A stretch of DNA of 30,802 nt from assembly GCA_048941265.1 (NCBI GenBank), contig JBHLNT010000027.1, positions 5,793 through 36,594 of the forward strand, given 5' to 3'. Below are positions 18,062-27,481 of the stretch, in pieces (position 1 is the first letter of the stretch; each line of letters begins with the position of its first letter). Position numbers and translations under genes: made by a program. Below the pieces are notes generated by a model. That model was not told the DNA's origin. It searched no databases and worked only from the letters and a program-made list of their open reading frames with translations. The stretch comes from Promethearchaeota archaeon (GTDB lineage Archaea > Asgardarchaeota > Lokiarchaeia > Sigyniarchaeales > SOKP01).

Positions 18062-18419
18062 ACATTATTTTTCGATAAATGAAAAAATACAGAAATATTA
18101 CCTTGGACTTTGGGAAAACAATCGTTCTTTTTTTTTATTCCTTTTCCCATTTTTTGCGCTCTGACAGTAATTTAAAATTAGTGGTAACCATTTAAATCAA
18201 ATCTTCCTTCTTAAGTTATATAGTTCGCTCAATATGTTCTTTTTTAAGGATAGATATAAGGGAATCTCCTAAATCTGCCAGAGTAGCTAAATAACAATAA
18301 ATATAGATAGATATTTCAGTATTAAAGAACATTGAAAAAATAAATATTAAATAAGTGTCCTACAATATTTATTTACCTAATAATTTTTTAAACTAATAAC
18401 TAACTGACAAGGGATATTT

Positions 18420-19151
18420 TTGGCATTAAGTGATTTATCAAATTTAGATATTTTAAACGGTACCTTTACAACCTTAGCGAACTTAATCGGAATCTTTGTT
18501 GGGATAATAATAGCTTGGAAATATACTGCATATAAGCGAAGGGAACTCCTAACAGTGGGTATTAGCTTAGTTTTTGGATCTGTGGTATACTGGTCAAGTT
18601 CAATTACTTTTTTTTTAATTATTCTATATAATTACGAACCTGATCTCGTCTTTCATTTATCCTTTCATTTCTTAGTACCGCTTGGATTGATGTTTTGGAT
18701 GTATTCATTTGCTATTCTCGTTTATCCAAAATCGGTGAAGAAAATCATGCTGATATTCGGAATAATTTGTACTCTCTACGACATTTTTCTGTTATATTTT
18801 TTACTTACCGATCCGGAAAGTTTAGGACGTAGAACAGGGAAAATCACCGGTGAGGCATTTCTATATATTAATAGTTTCTTATTATTTGTAGTTGTCACAC
18901 TTTTAATTACAATGTCAATCTTTATACACAGATGCTTCCGTTCGCAAGATCCGAAGATTAGATGGAGAGGTAAGTTCTTGCTAATTTCTATGATTATTGG
19001 GGCCATCTCAGGTTTAATAGGTATGTTTTTTCCGGATACAGCATTAATAATAGTTCTTACAAGAACCCTTCGGGTTATATCTTCTATATTCAGCTATTTG
19101 GGATGGCTTTTACCGGAAAGGGTTGCTAAATTAGTAATAAAAGAGCAGTAA
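18420..19151 (+). CDS. 7-TM membrane protein, tandem paralog 3 (243 aa, most divergent, TTG start)
   Basis: ELLTVG, FWMYSFAILVYP, RWRGKF, YLGWLLPERVA. Confidence 0.88.
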   Translation: MALSDLSNLDILNGTFTTLANLIGIFVGIIIAWKYTAYKRRELLTVGISLVFGSVVYWSSSITFFLIILYNYEPDLVFHLSFHFLVPLGLMFWMYSFAILVYPKSVKKIMLIFGIICTLYDIFLLYFLLTDPESLGRRTGKITGEAFLYINSFLLFVVVTLLITMSIFIHRCFRSQDPKIRWRGKFLLISMIIGAISGLIGMFFPDTALIIVLTRTLRVISSIFSYLGWLLPERVAKLVIKEQ

Positions 19152-19367
19152 AAAATCTAAAAAATTTATAATTTATTTTTTTTTTACTATTTTTAAAATT
19201 TATAATATATACTTAATCAAGATTACATTTCACTATTTCAATTATACAATAATTAAAAAAGAAGTTGCGATTTTACTGGTTTATACTTCGAATTGAATAT
19301 GTAAACTTAAATGGATCAACAACTAATATAAAATTAATATTAATCAATTTTATCAAATGATGTCAAA

Positions 19368-20099
19368 ATGGGATTAGAAGGTTTAACGCAATTGGAGATA
19401 TTACAGGGCATCGTAGGTTTGATCAGCTTAGGAATTTCATTTATTGTAGCTTTTAAGATTATATCAAAGTATTTCACCTATAAGAGACCTGAGCTTATTA
19501 CAGTCGGACTTATGATGCTTTTTGTCACTTCAGGGTGGTGGGGATCGGCACTTGCTTTTATTATGTTTGTCGTTTTTAATTTGGAATTATCCGATTTCTT
19601 CTACATATTTATTAGTTACGGATTTGTGTCATTATCAAGCATTTTTTGGCTCTATTCATTTGCTTATCTTGTATACCCGAAATCAAAATGGAAAATTCTT
19701 TCGGTTTGGTTAGCAATCAGCATATTATACACTATTTTATTTATATACTATATTCTAATAGACCCGTCGGTTCTTGCTATTAGAATTACCCGATTTGATA
19801 CCGAAACCAGATACTTTGTTGCAGGCTATATCTTACTTTCACTTTTAATTTCTTTAATTACACAAGCTATCTTTTTAAAGGGATCTATTTCATCCAAAGA
19901 TAAGAGAATAAGATGGAAGGGGAAATTTATATTTCTTGGATTTAGTATCTTCCTTATTGGTGCAGTTCTGGATTCTGTAGTTCCGTTAACCTCTATAACT
20001 TTATTAATAACAAGAATTTTATTGATTACGAGTTCTATTGTAAGTTATATTGGATGGATTATGCCAGAACGAGTTGCGAACTGGTTAGTAAAAGAATAA
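19368..20099 (+). CDS. 7-TM membrane protein, tandem paralog 4 (243 aa)
   Basis: Same motifs; followed by a T-tract at 20112-20129. Confidence 0.88.
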   Translation: MGLEGLTQLEILQGIVGLISLGISFIVAFKIISKYFTYKRPELITVGLMMLFVTSGWWGSALAFIMFVVFNLELSDFFYIFISYGFVSLSSIFWLYSFAYLVYPKSKWKILSVWLAISILYTILFIYYILIDPSVLAIRITRFDTETRYFVAGYILLSLLISLITQAIFLKGSISSKDKRIRWKGKFIFLGFSIFLIGAVLDSVVPLTSITLLITRILLITSSIVSYIGWIMPERVANWLVKE

Positions 20100-20131
20100 A
20101 ACTAAAATTCTCTTTTTTTTATTTTTTTTAT

Positions 20132-20341
20132 TTAAAATCTACAGCACATTCGGCGCCCATAGTCAAGATTGTACTTCAAATATTCATCACAGAGAATTTT
20201 CATTACTTTTTCATAGTCAATATTTAGTTTTTCTGCAATATCTTGAATCTCTACTCCGGGCGTAGAAATTAATTCAAAAATTTCTTTTTTAAGCTCCTCA
20301 GTCACTTCTTCTGTCATTATATTGTAGATCTTTTTTCTCAA
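20132..20341 (-). CDS. Small helix-turn-helix-like protein ending in CCRF
   Basis: IQDIAEKLNIDYEKVMKIL is HTH-like; lies 37 bp downstream of the Fe-S gene on the same strand. Confidence 0.65.
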   Translation of the reverse strand: MRKKIYNIMTEEVTEELKKEIFELISTPGVEIQDIAEKLNIDYEKVMKILCDEYLKYNLDYGRRMCCRF

Positions 20342-20378
20342 TATTAATTTTTAGTTTAAGTTTTAAAAGATAAATTTA

Positions 20379-21446
20379 TTAATTAGAACTTTTTCGTTTA
20401 CCTTCATATATCGCTTTCCCTAACTCAATTACCCTTTCAAATGGCTCCTCACCATCTTCTCTTAGATGTAAAGTGATAGCTTCTTCCGGACAGGTTCCAG
20501 CACATAAACCACATCCGAGACACAAATCTCTATTAACTCTGGCAATATCATCTAAAGTAATTGCATCTACAGGACATACTTGGACACAGTTTCCACATCC
20601 AATACATAATTCTTGGTCAATTTTTGATTCAAATAGGGCATTTAGGTACCTATGTCTATCGTATCCCTTTTTTGTGATTCCTTTCATAGTAGCACAACAA
20701 CAAGGGCAGCAATTACAGATATTCGATAAGTGTTTAGAATTAACTCCTGCATGGACTAATCCTGCTTTATCAGTTTCTTCAATAATTTTTAAACATTCTT
20801 CCGGAGTTATTTCTCGTGCCATACCATTTTCAATATAAAATTCAGCCGCTGCCCCGAATGCCAAACAAGTATCTTCCATTGGATACTTACATCCCTCACC
20901 GAGTAATCGAGACTCTTTTCGACAAATACAATCATAAACTGCGATTTTTCTGGCGTTCTTAATACTCTCCTTGAGTTCCTGATACGGATAAAGTACCGTT
21001 TGAGCTTCAATTGTCTCATCTACGGGAAGTACTTTGAATCCCGGTACGTCACTTGCTCCCATTTCATCAACCATAGCTAAATCATAATATTCTTTAAACT
21101 TTTTTGCTAAATCCTTATCAATTTTATTTACTGAATACTCATATAGCCCAATCATATATGGCGCAGAATTATAGAACGTTTTTCCTTCCCTTCGAACTCT
21201 AAATATGAGACCTTTTTTTGACATGGACTCTAATATTGCTTCCATTTCCTTCTTGTCCATTTTAGCGCGTCTAGCAATTCTGGCGGCAGTATCAGGTAAG
21301 GGATTCAGCAGTACAGCAATCTTAGCTTCTTCCTCCGTAAAAAGTCGTTTTAAAATCTCAATTTCAATTCCCGTTGATGTTTTAGGAAATCCTATGGGGA
21401 ATTGATCCAAATGTTCTTGTAATTTTATATATGGCTCATCTGACAT
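20379..21446 (-). CDS. wHTH plus 4Fe-4S dicluster (ferredoxin-like) protein
   Basis: N-terminal wHTH (EILKRLFTEEEA...L..M.KKGLI), DCICR, ICNCCPCCC and two CxxCxxCxxxCP motifs. Confidence 0.88.
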   Translation of the reverse strand: MSDEPYIKLQEHLDQFPIGFPKTSTGIEIEILKRLFTEEEAKIAVLLNPLPDTAARIARRAKMDKKEMEAILESMSKKGLIFRVRREGKTFYNSAPYMIGLYEYSVNKIDKDLAKKFKEYYDLAMVDEMGASDVPGFKVLPVDETIEAQTVLYPYQELKESIKNARKIAVYDCICRKESRLLGEGCKYPMEDTCLAFGAAAEFYIENGMAREITPEECLKIIEETDKAGLVHAGVNSKHLSNICNCCPCCCATMKGITKKGYDRHRYLNALFESKIDQELCIGCGNCVQVCPVDAITLDDIARVNRDLCLGCGLCAGTCPEEAITLHLREDGEEPFERVIELGKAIYEGKRKSSN

Positions 21447-21572
21447 GAATTATAACCAAATTATAATTATATTTAAACATAGAATTCAATTAATAATAAA
21501 GGTTTATCATAATTTTGTAAAAAGATTCAAAATAGGATTAAAAATCCTTTTTACAACTATATTTTAATATTC

Positions 21573-22238
21573 TTAATCTTCTAACACAACTTTATTTCTA
21601 AGAACACCTATGTTTTCAATTGAAGCTTCGAGAAAATCGCCAGGCTGGATGGATCCTACCCCACTTGGAGTGCCTGTAGCAACTATATCTCCCGGTTCTA
21701 ATGTAATATATTTTGAAAGGTATTCAATAATTTCTGGAATTTTAAATATCATTGATCTTGTATTAGATGACTGTTTGATCTCACCGTTTAGTTTTAATTC
21801 AATGTTAAGGTCATGAGGATCCTCAATCTTTTCAACTATTTTTGGACCAATTGGACCAAAAGTATCAAAATTCTTTGACCGATACCATGGTAGATTAATT
21901 CCTCTATCTTTTTTTTGCATCTCTCTAGCCGTAATATCGAGAAAAATAGTATAACCAAAAATATAATCCTTATAATCCTCAGATTTGATGTTTTTACATA
22001 TCTTTTTTATTATAAACGCAAGCTCAACTTCATGATCGACTCGATTTAACTCCTCATCTTCATATAAGATTCTTGGGTAAATGATTGGATCTCCATTTTT
22101 AATCAAACAATTAATTGTTTTACAGAAAAAAACCGGTTCTTTTGGTATTTGAGAGTTCATCTCTTTAGCGTGTTCCACATAGTTCCGTCCTAAGCAAATG
22201 ATTTTCGTGGGAAATATCTCGGTGTCTCCAATCTTCAT
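21573..22238 (-). CDS. Fumarylacetoacetate hydrolase family protein (FAHD1/YcgM-like)
   Basis: KIICLGRNY..H, HEVEL, DITAR, KNFDTFGPIGP, GDIVATGTPSGVG. ATG 22238 preferred; GTG 22247 is an alternative. Confidence 0.93.
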   Translation of the reverse strand: MKIGDTEIFPTKIICLGRNYVEHAKEMNSQIPKEPVFFCKTINCLIKNGDPIIYPRILYEDEELNRVDHEVELAFIIKKICKNIKSEDYKDYIFGYTIFLDITAREMQKKDRGINLPWYRSKNFDTFGPIGPKIVEKIEDPHDLNIELKLNGEIKQSSNTRSMIFKIPEIIEYLSKYITLEPGDIVATGTPSGVGSIQPGDFLEASIENIGVLRNKVVLED

Positions 22239-22247
22239 ATAATTCAC

Positions 22248-22925
22248 TTATTCTCCTTCCAAAACAACTTTGTTTGTAAGAGTACCTACTTTTTCAATAG
22301 TAGCTTCAATAAGATCACCAGGGAGTACAGGTCCAATACCAGATGGAGTACCTGTTGCAACAATATCTCCTGGTTCCATGGTAAATAAACTTGAGATATA
22401 TTCCATTAAGTCTGGAATTTTAAATAACAAATGCTTAGTATTAGAAGATTGCTTAAGCTCTCCATTTACTTTTAATTCGATTTTTAAATTATGAGGATCT
22501 TGGATCTCTTCAACAGACGCGATTCTTGGCCCAAGAGGACCGAAAGTATCTAGAGATTTTGAACGAAACCAAGGTAATTGAGAAAGTATATCCTTTGTTT
22601 GCATTTTACGAGCCGTAACATCATTAAAAACTGAGTATCCCATTATATGCTCATACGTCTCACCTTTAGATACATCCTTGCACCTATCTTTGATTATAAA
22701 TGCAAGCTCGACTTCATAGTCGACCCTTTTAAGCCTACGATTATTAAATAATAGTTTTGGGTATATTATCGGATCTCCATCACCTATCAAGCAATTTAGT
22801 GTCTTAGGAAAAAGAACTGGCTCTTTTGGAACCGGTAATTTCGTCTCTTCTATATGGTCCATATAATTAGTGCCAATGCAAATAATTTTGGTAGGATTTA
22901 TTGTTTTGTCTCCAATCTTTATCAT
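22248..22925 (-). CDS. Fumarylacetoacetate hydrolase family protein (tandem paralog)
   Basis: KIICIGTNY..H, DYEVEL, NDVTAR, KSLDTFGPLGP, GDIVATGTPSG. Confidence 0.93.
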   Translation of the reverse strand: MIKIGDKTINPTKIICIGTNYMDHIEETKLPVPKEPVLFPKTLNCLIGDGDPIIYPKLLFNNRRLKRVDYEVELAFIIKDRCKDVSKGETYEHIMGYSVFNDVTARKMQTKDILSQLPWFRSKSLDTFGPLGPRIASVEEIQDPHNLKIELKVNGELKQSSNTKHLLFKIPDLMEYISSLFTMEPGDIVATGTPSGIGPVLPGDLIEATIEKVGTLTNKVVLEGE

Positions 22926-23123
22926 TCATCATTTCACCATCATTGAAAACCATATTTATATTCAATCTTCAAATTCATCGTACGATAATATTAAGATAAA
23001 CGTAATTTCATTAATTTAATTAATGATTCCATTTTATTGATCTTTAATTCAACGACTAAAGTAAATGCGACTTTTAAATCAAAATTGCTGAATATGCTAA
23101 AAAGATCGGAGGTTTAAAAAAAG

Positions 23124-23675
23124 TTGAATGAAGAAAGCACAGAAAAAAAAGCAATGCCCCAGACTATGTTAACAAAACGAGTGGCAACAGCAGGAATTTT
23201 TATAGCTGTAGGCTTAGTATTGAGCTTTTTAAATCCCTTTGCCTATTTTCTCATATTTGGAACAAAAATTAACCCTTTTGCTCATTTCATAAATGCCTTA
23301 ACGGGGGTTTTAATCGGACTCACCTTCGCTTGTATAGTTGCATTAGGCATAGCTGTACTACGGTATACATTTGGAATTGGCACAATTCATGCTTTTCACG
23401 GCGGTATTTCTGGCGCTGTTGTAGTTGGCACATCAGCATATATTTTAAGGAAAAAGAAGCCTGAAAAAGTAGAATTTGCAGCCTTAACTGAACCAATTGG
23501 AACAGTGTTTATAGGTGGAACTATCGCGCAACTTATAGCACCTATAGGTGGTATTGAAGGTTTATTTATTTATTGGGGTTTATTTGCTGCGAGTAGTATT
23601 CCAGGCTGCATACTAGGATTTATAATACTTAAAATCCTAAGAAGAGCAGGAATTTCTTGGGAAGATTATTTTTAA
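23124..23675 (+). CDS. thiW: ECF transporter S-component, ThiW type (thiazole/thiamine precursor)
   Basis: P..H.IN...GV..G, LR...G.GT..AF.G...GA, A.TEPIGT..IG, F..SS..G; GGAGG at 23108-23112. Confidence 0.85.
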   Translation: MNEESTEKKAMPQTMLTKRVATAGIFIAVGLVLSFLNPFAYFLIFGTKINPFAHFINALTGVLIGLTFACIVALGIAVLRYTFGIGTIHAFHGGISGAVVVGTSAYILRKKKPEKVEFAALTEPIGTVFIGGTIAQLIAPIGGIEGLFIYWGLFAASSIPGCILGFIILKILRRAGISWEDYF

Positions 23676-23705
23676 TTACTAACATTTAAATTTTTTTTAA
23701 TTTTC

Positions 23706-24296
23706 ATGATATTCCACGAAGATTTAGGTTTTACTCAATTTATTGGCTATTCTACCATTTTATATGGCGAAACTAATACTAAAAAAACATATTATACTGC
23801 AAAATTTGTCCAGTTTCTCGTAGAATCCAAGAATATTAACCCGAAAGAAATAACGATTTTAGATTTTGCTCCCGAATTAACTATAATTAAAGATTTAAAA
23901 ATAGGGGGTAAAATTCAGGATTTTTATGATAGAGCTATTAAGTGTAATAATATTTCTTTTGAGGGGGAAATCATACCACCTCGCTTAAACGCAAACAATA
24001 AGAAAGAACTCTATGAAAATGCTCTAAAAAATTATGATAAAACACAAGAAACTTTAGAAAAGTTCAATAAAAATCCAACTTCTATTTTAGTGATTAATGA
24101 TATTTCTATATATCTCCATCAAGGGAATAAAAAATATATATTAGAAACTATTAGGAAAGCAAATACTTTTTTTGGGAACTCTTATTACGGATCTTCTATA
24201 AAACGTAATTTTGCTACATTTTTTAGCATTAAAGAGAAGCGATCTGTAAAATATTTATTAAAAAGAGTTGATAATGCCTACATAACCCAGCTTTAA
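23706..24296 (+). CDS. Small P-loop NTPase-like protein with degenerate Walker A
   Basis: TILYGETNTKKT (GxxxxGKT with G replaced by K), ITILDFAP, Walker-B-like LVIND. Confidence 0.65.
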   Translation: MIFHEDLGFTQFIGYSTILYGETNTKKTYYTAKFVQFLVESKNINPKEITILDFAPELTIIKDLKIGGKIQDFYDRAIKCNNISFEGEIIPPRLNANNKKELYENALKNYDKTQETLEKFNKNPTSILVINDISIYLHQGNKKYILETIRKANTFFGNSYYGSSIKRNFATFFSIKEKRSVKYLLKRVDNAYITQL

Positions 24297-24706
24297 TCTA
24301 TATGAAAAGTTGAGATTAATTTGTATTGATCCTTAGGTAATTTATCCTTAATTACTTCAAAAAGCTCAAAGAGTATATGATCAGGGCCCTCTGCCATAAC
24401 ATATTTTAATACTCCTAAATTTTTAATAGGCTTTCTGAACTCAAATCCTTTACTTTTCATATGGGCTAGCAAAGCTTCTAGATCATCAGTCTCAATCCCT
24501 AAATGGTGAACCACTCCTCTTTTTTGATCTTTGGGCGGTTGATCATAGAAGTTTATTTTTGAAGTGCCTATTGCAATCATTACATTCCGAGCGCCTGCCA
24601 CTTCCAAATCGAAGAGTATTTCTGCTCCAAACATCTCCTGATAAAATCGGAGGCTTTTATTTAAATCTGATGCGAATAAATGGGCATGATGTAGATTCGT
24701 TTTCAT
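24293..24706 (-). CDS. VOC/glyoxalase family protein
   Basis: LHHAHLF..DL..SLRFY...FG, VHHLGIETDD, GPD.ILFELFE. Confidence 0.9.
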   Translation of the reverse strand: MKTNLHHAHLFASDLNKSLRFYQEMFGAEILFDLEVAGARNVMIAIGTSKINFYDQPPKDQKRGVVHHLGIETDDLEALLAHMKSKGFEFRKPIKNLGVLKYVMAEGPDHILFELFEVIKDKLPKDQYKLISTFHID

Positions 24707-24827
24707 AATTTCATCCCTTTTATCATTATATTCATTTATACAAGTAATTATAAGAAATATTAGATTTCTATTAACAATTATGGTAATTATAAAATGAATT
24801 GCATACCACTAAATTTGGGGATTTAGG

Positions 24828-26054
24828 ATGGATTTAGAATTTATTTTTGATGAATCTAAAGTTCCATACTATAGTTTACCCGATCCTTTAATCTCTCTTG
24901 ATGGAACAAAAGTAACTGATGGAAAACTCTGGTTTAGGGGACGTCGACCGGAAATTCTTGAATTATTTAAGCATAATGTTTATGGCAAAATGCCTGGAAA
25001 ACCTGAAAAGATATCTTCTGAAATTAAATCAGTAGATAAAGGTGCGCTTAAAGGAAAGGCAACTCGTAAGGAAATTTCTGTCATAATTGGAGGTAATAAC
25101 AAAGAAATTAAAATGGATATTCTAATTTATCTTCCGAATAATCAACCAAAACCATTCGCTAATTTTCTAGCTCTAAATTATTTTGGAAATCACTCAATTC
25201 ATCAAGATCCAAATATTATCCTATCAAAGCAGTGGATGCCTACAAAAATCGCTTATGGCATAAAGAGACATCGAGCAACTGAAAAGTCGCGAGGTGTACG
25301 CTCCTCTAAATGGCCAGTTGAATTTATCATTGATCGTGGTTATGCTCTTTCCACAATTTACAATGGGGATATTGATCCAGACTTTGATGATGGATTTCAA
25401 AATGGAATTCATCCCTTATTTTATAAAAAAGGACAAACTGAACCTGCTGAGGATGAATGGGGTACTATCGGTGCATGGGCCTGGGGATTGAGTCGAGCAA
25501 TGGATTATTTTGAGATTGATGATGATATAGATAATAATCGGGTAATTGTAATGGGCCATTCGCGTCTGGGAAAAGCCGCATTATGGGCTGGAGCAAATGA
25601 TCAGCGGTTTGCCATAGTAATTTCTAATAATTCGGGCTGTGGAGGAGCTGCATTATTTCGTCGAAAATTTGGTGAGACGATCTCGCATATAAATTATAAA
25701 TTTCCTCACTGGTTTTGTGAGAATTTTAAAAAATATAACAATAAAGAAGAAGAATTACCTGTAGATCAGCATATGTTACTTTCTTTAATAGCTCCCAGAC
25801 CTGTTTATATTGCTAGTGCTCAAAAAGATCTCTGGTCTGACCCGCGAGGTGAATTCCTTTCTGCTAATTACGCGGATCTTGTGTACAAATTGCTTGGAAC
25901 CGATGGCCTTAAGATAAATAAAATGCCGGAAATTCATCAACCAATTCTTTCTACAATAGGATATCATATCCGGGAAGGGGATCATGATGTGTATGCCTAC
26001 GATTGGGAAAGATACCTTGATTTTACTGATTATCATTTTAATATCATTCATTAA
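24828..26054 (+). CDS. CE15 glucuronoyl esterase-like (4-O-methyl-glucuronoyl methylesterase) protein, no signal peptide seen
   Basis: GTIGAWAWGLSRAMDY, GHSRLGK nucleophile motif, SGCGG, HWF, LPVDQH.L..LIAPRP, R.G.H. Confidence 0.9.
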   Translation: MDLEFIFDESKVPYYSLPDPLISLDGTKVTDGKLWFRGRRPEILELFKHNVYGKMPGKPEKISSEIKSVDKGALKGKATRKEISVIIGGNNKEIKMDILIYLPNNQPKPFANFLALNYFGNHSIHQDPNIILSKQWMPTKIAYGIKRHRATEKSRGVRSSKWPVEFIIDRGYALSTIYNGDIDPDFDDGFQNGIHPLFYKKGQTEPAEDEWGTIGAWAWGLSRAMDYFEIDDDIDNNRVIVMGHSRLGKAALWAGANDQRFAIVISNNSGCGGAALFRRKFGETISHINYKFPHWFCENFKKYNNKEEELPVDQHMLLSLIAPRPVYIASAQKDLWSDPRGEFLSANYADLVYKLLGTDGLKINKMPEIHQPILSTIGYHIREGDHDVYAYDWERYLDFTDYHFNIIH

Positions 26055-26456
26055 AATAAAACTGTACACATATAAAAGGTATATAAATATTTTTAATCAA
26101 TTCTTACTTAACTGAATTAAATTATTATACTTTTAACCGGTACCCTGAGAAGGGCATCCCTATGTATAATATTAAAAGGAATAAAAATAATGCATCTTAT
26201 ATCTAAATTCCTGTAATTGAATAGTCAATTTTACTAAATATTAAAATATTAATGTAGGAAAGCAAGAAATTATGTTTTAAAAAACAAAAAAACGGTTTTT
26301 GCTGGCAAAAAAACCCTAAAAGAAAATTATTATAAGATCTTCTCTTTATTTTTCCTTTAAGCAGAATTTTCATAAAAACATATAAAATTCTTCAAATTAA
26401 ATAATATTTATTACATATAAATAAAAAAAATTCTCAAATAGTAATAGTGATTTGTT

Positions 26457-27413
26457 ATGATAATAAGCACTCATGGACATATTACTCATAAAAATTGTAG
26501 TTCTGATAAGTTTTATGAATATTATGCAAATGTGATTTCAAAAGCGATGAATCTCACCAAGGAAGTAATCTATGAAAAAGTACTCCCATTACTTTATGCC
26601 TGCAATGCTGAAGCTCACGTGCAAGCAATGGAAGAAGCGGGGATAGATAAATCTCTAATTATGGCTGTTGATTTTGGAATGAACCCCGATGTGGGAGAGG
26701 CAAAATGGTCAATAGAGGAAATTAATGAATGGGTTGTTAAAGAAGCAGAACAATATCCTGATAAATTATATTCCCTCTGTGCCGTTGACCCTCGAAGAGG
26801 TGAAAAGGCCGTTAAATTAGTTGAAAAAGCAGTTACAGAATGGGGTATGAAAGGAGTAAAATTCCACCCCACGGCAGGGTATTATCCTGACGACCCGGCT
26901 TTTTTTCCGCTTTATGAAAAATGTGTTGAATTAGATGTTCCTGTGTGTTCCCATACTGCTGCGCTTATCAGTGCTCCATTCATGTCTAAATACGCGGATC
27001 CAATATATCTTGATACTCTTGCAGCAAAATTCCCGGATTTGAAAATTTTATTGATTCATTTTGGTAGCTTAAGTTATACCATGAAATGTGTCGAAATTAT
27101 GGTATCAAGACCCAATATTTATGCTGAAATTTCAGGATATCAAGCCCAAGCTCTCATAATGCCTGATAGCTTCCTTAAAACATTAAGGTATATTTTCGAT
27201 ACTCCCGCTTTCTTAGGATCTGCGGTTAAGGATAGATTAATGTTCGGAACGGATTGGCCTTATCTTGAGTCATTAATGGATCAAAAGTCCTGGGTTGAAT
27301 GGGTTAAAAATATTCCCGAAGCAGCGAAACAATATGGATTAAAGTTCAAACAAAGAGAAATAAAGAATTTATTAGAGAAAAATGCCGAGAAGTTTTTAAA
27401 TTTAAAGGCTTAA
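26457..27413 (+). CDS. Amidohydrolase_2 family protein
   Basis: THGH, VDPRRG, GVKFHP, SHT, IHFG, LMFGTDWP. Confidence 0.9.
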   Translation: MIISTHGHITHKNCSSDKFYEYYANVISKAMNLTKEVIYEKVLPLLYACNAEAHVQAMEEAGIDKSLIMAVDFGMNPDVGEAKWSIEEINEWVVKEAEQYPDKLYSLCAVDPRRGEKAVKLVEKAVTEWGMKGVKFHPTAGYYPDDPAFFPLYEKCVELDVPVCSHTAALISAPFMSKYADPIYLDTLAAKFPDLKILLIHFGSLSYTMKCVEIMVSRPNIYAEISGYQAQALIMPDSFLKTLRYIFDTPAFLGSAVKDRLMFGTDWPYLESLMDQKSWVEWVKNIPEAAKQYGLKFKQREIKNLLEKNAEKFLNLKA

Positions 27414-27481
27414 ATTTTAACTTTTTTTTCCTTTCCCTATTGTTCTTTCCATCTAATTTTTTTAATTCTATGAATTTTTGT

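Noticed and set aside
16270-20099. Microbial rhodopsins
   Set aside because: No retinal-binding DxxxK/SxxxK Lys in TM7.
22926-23123. TPP riboswitch upstream of thiW
   Set aside because: No CUGAGA/ACCUGA core and no GC stems.
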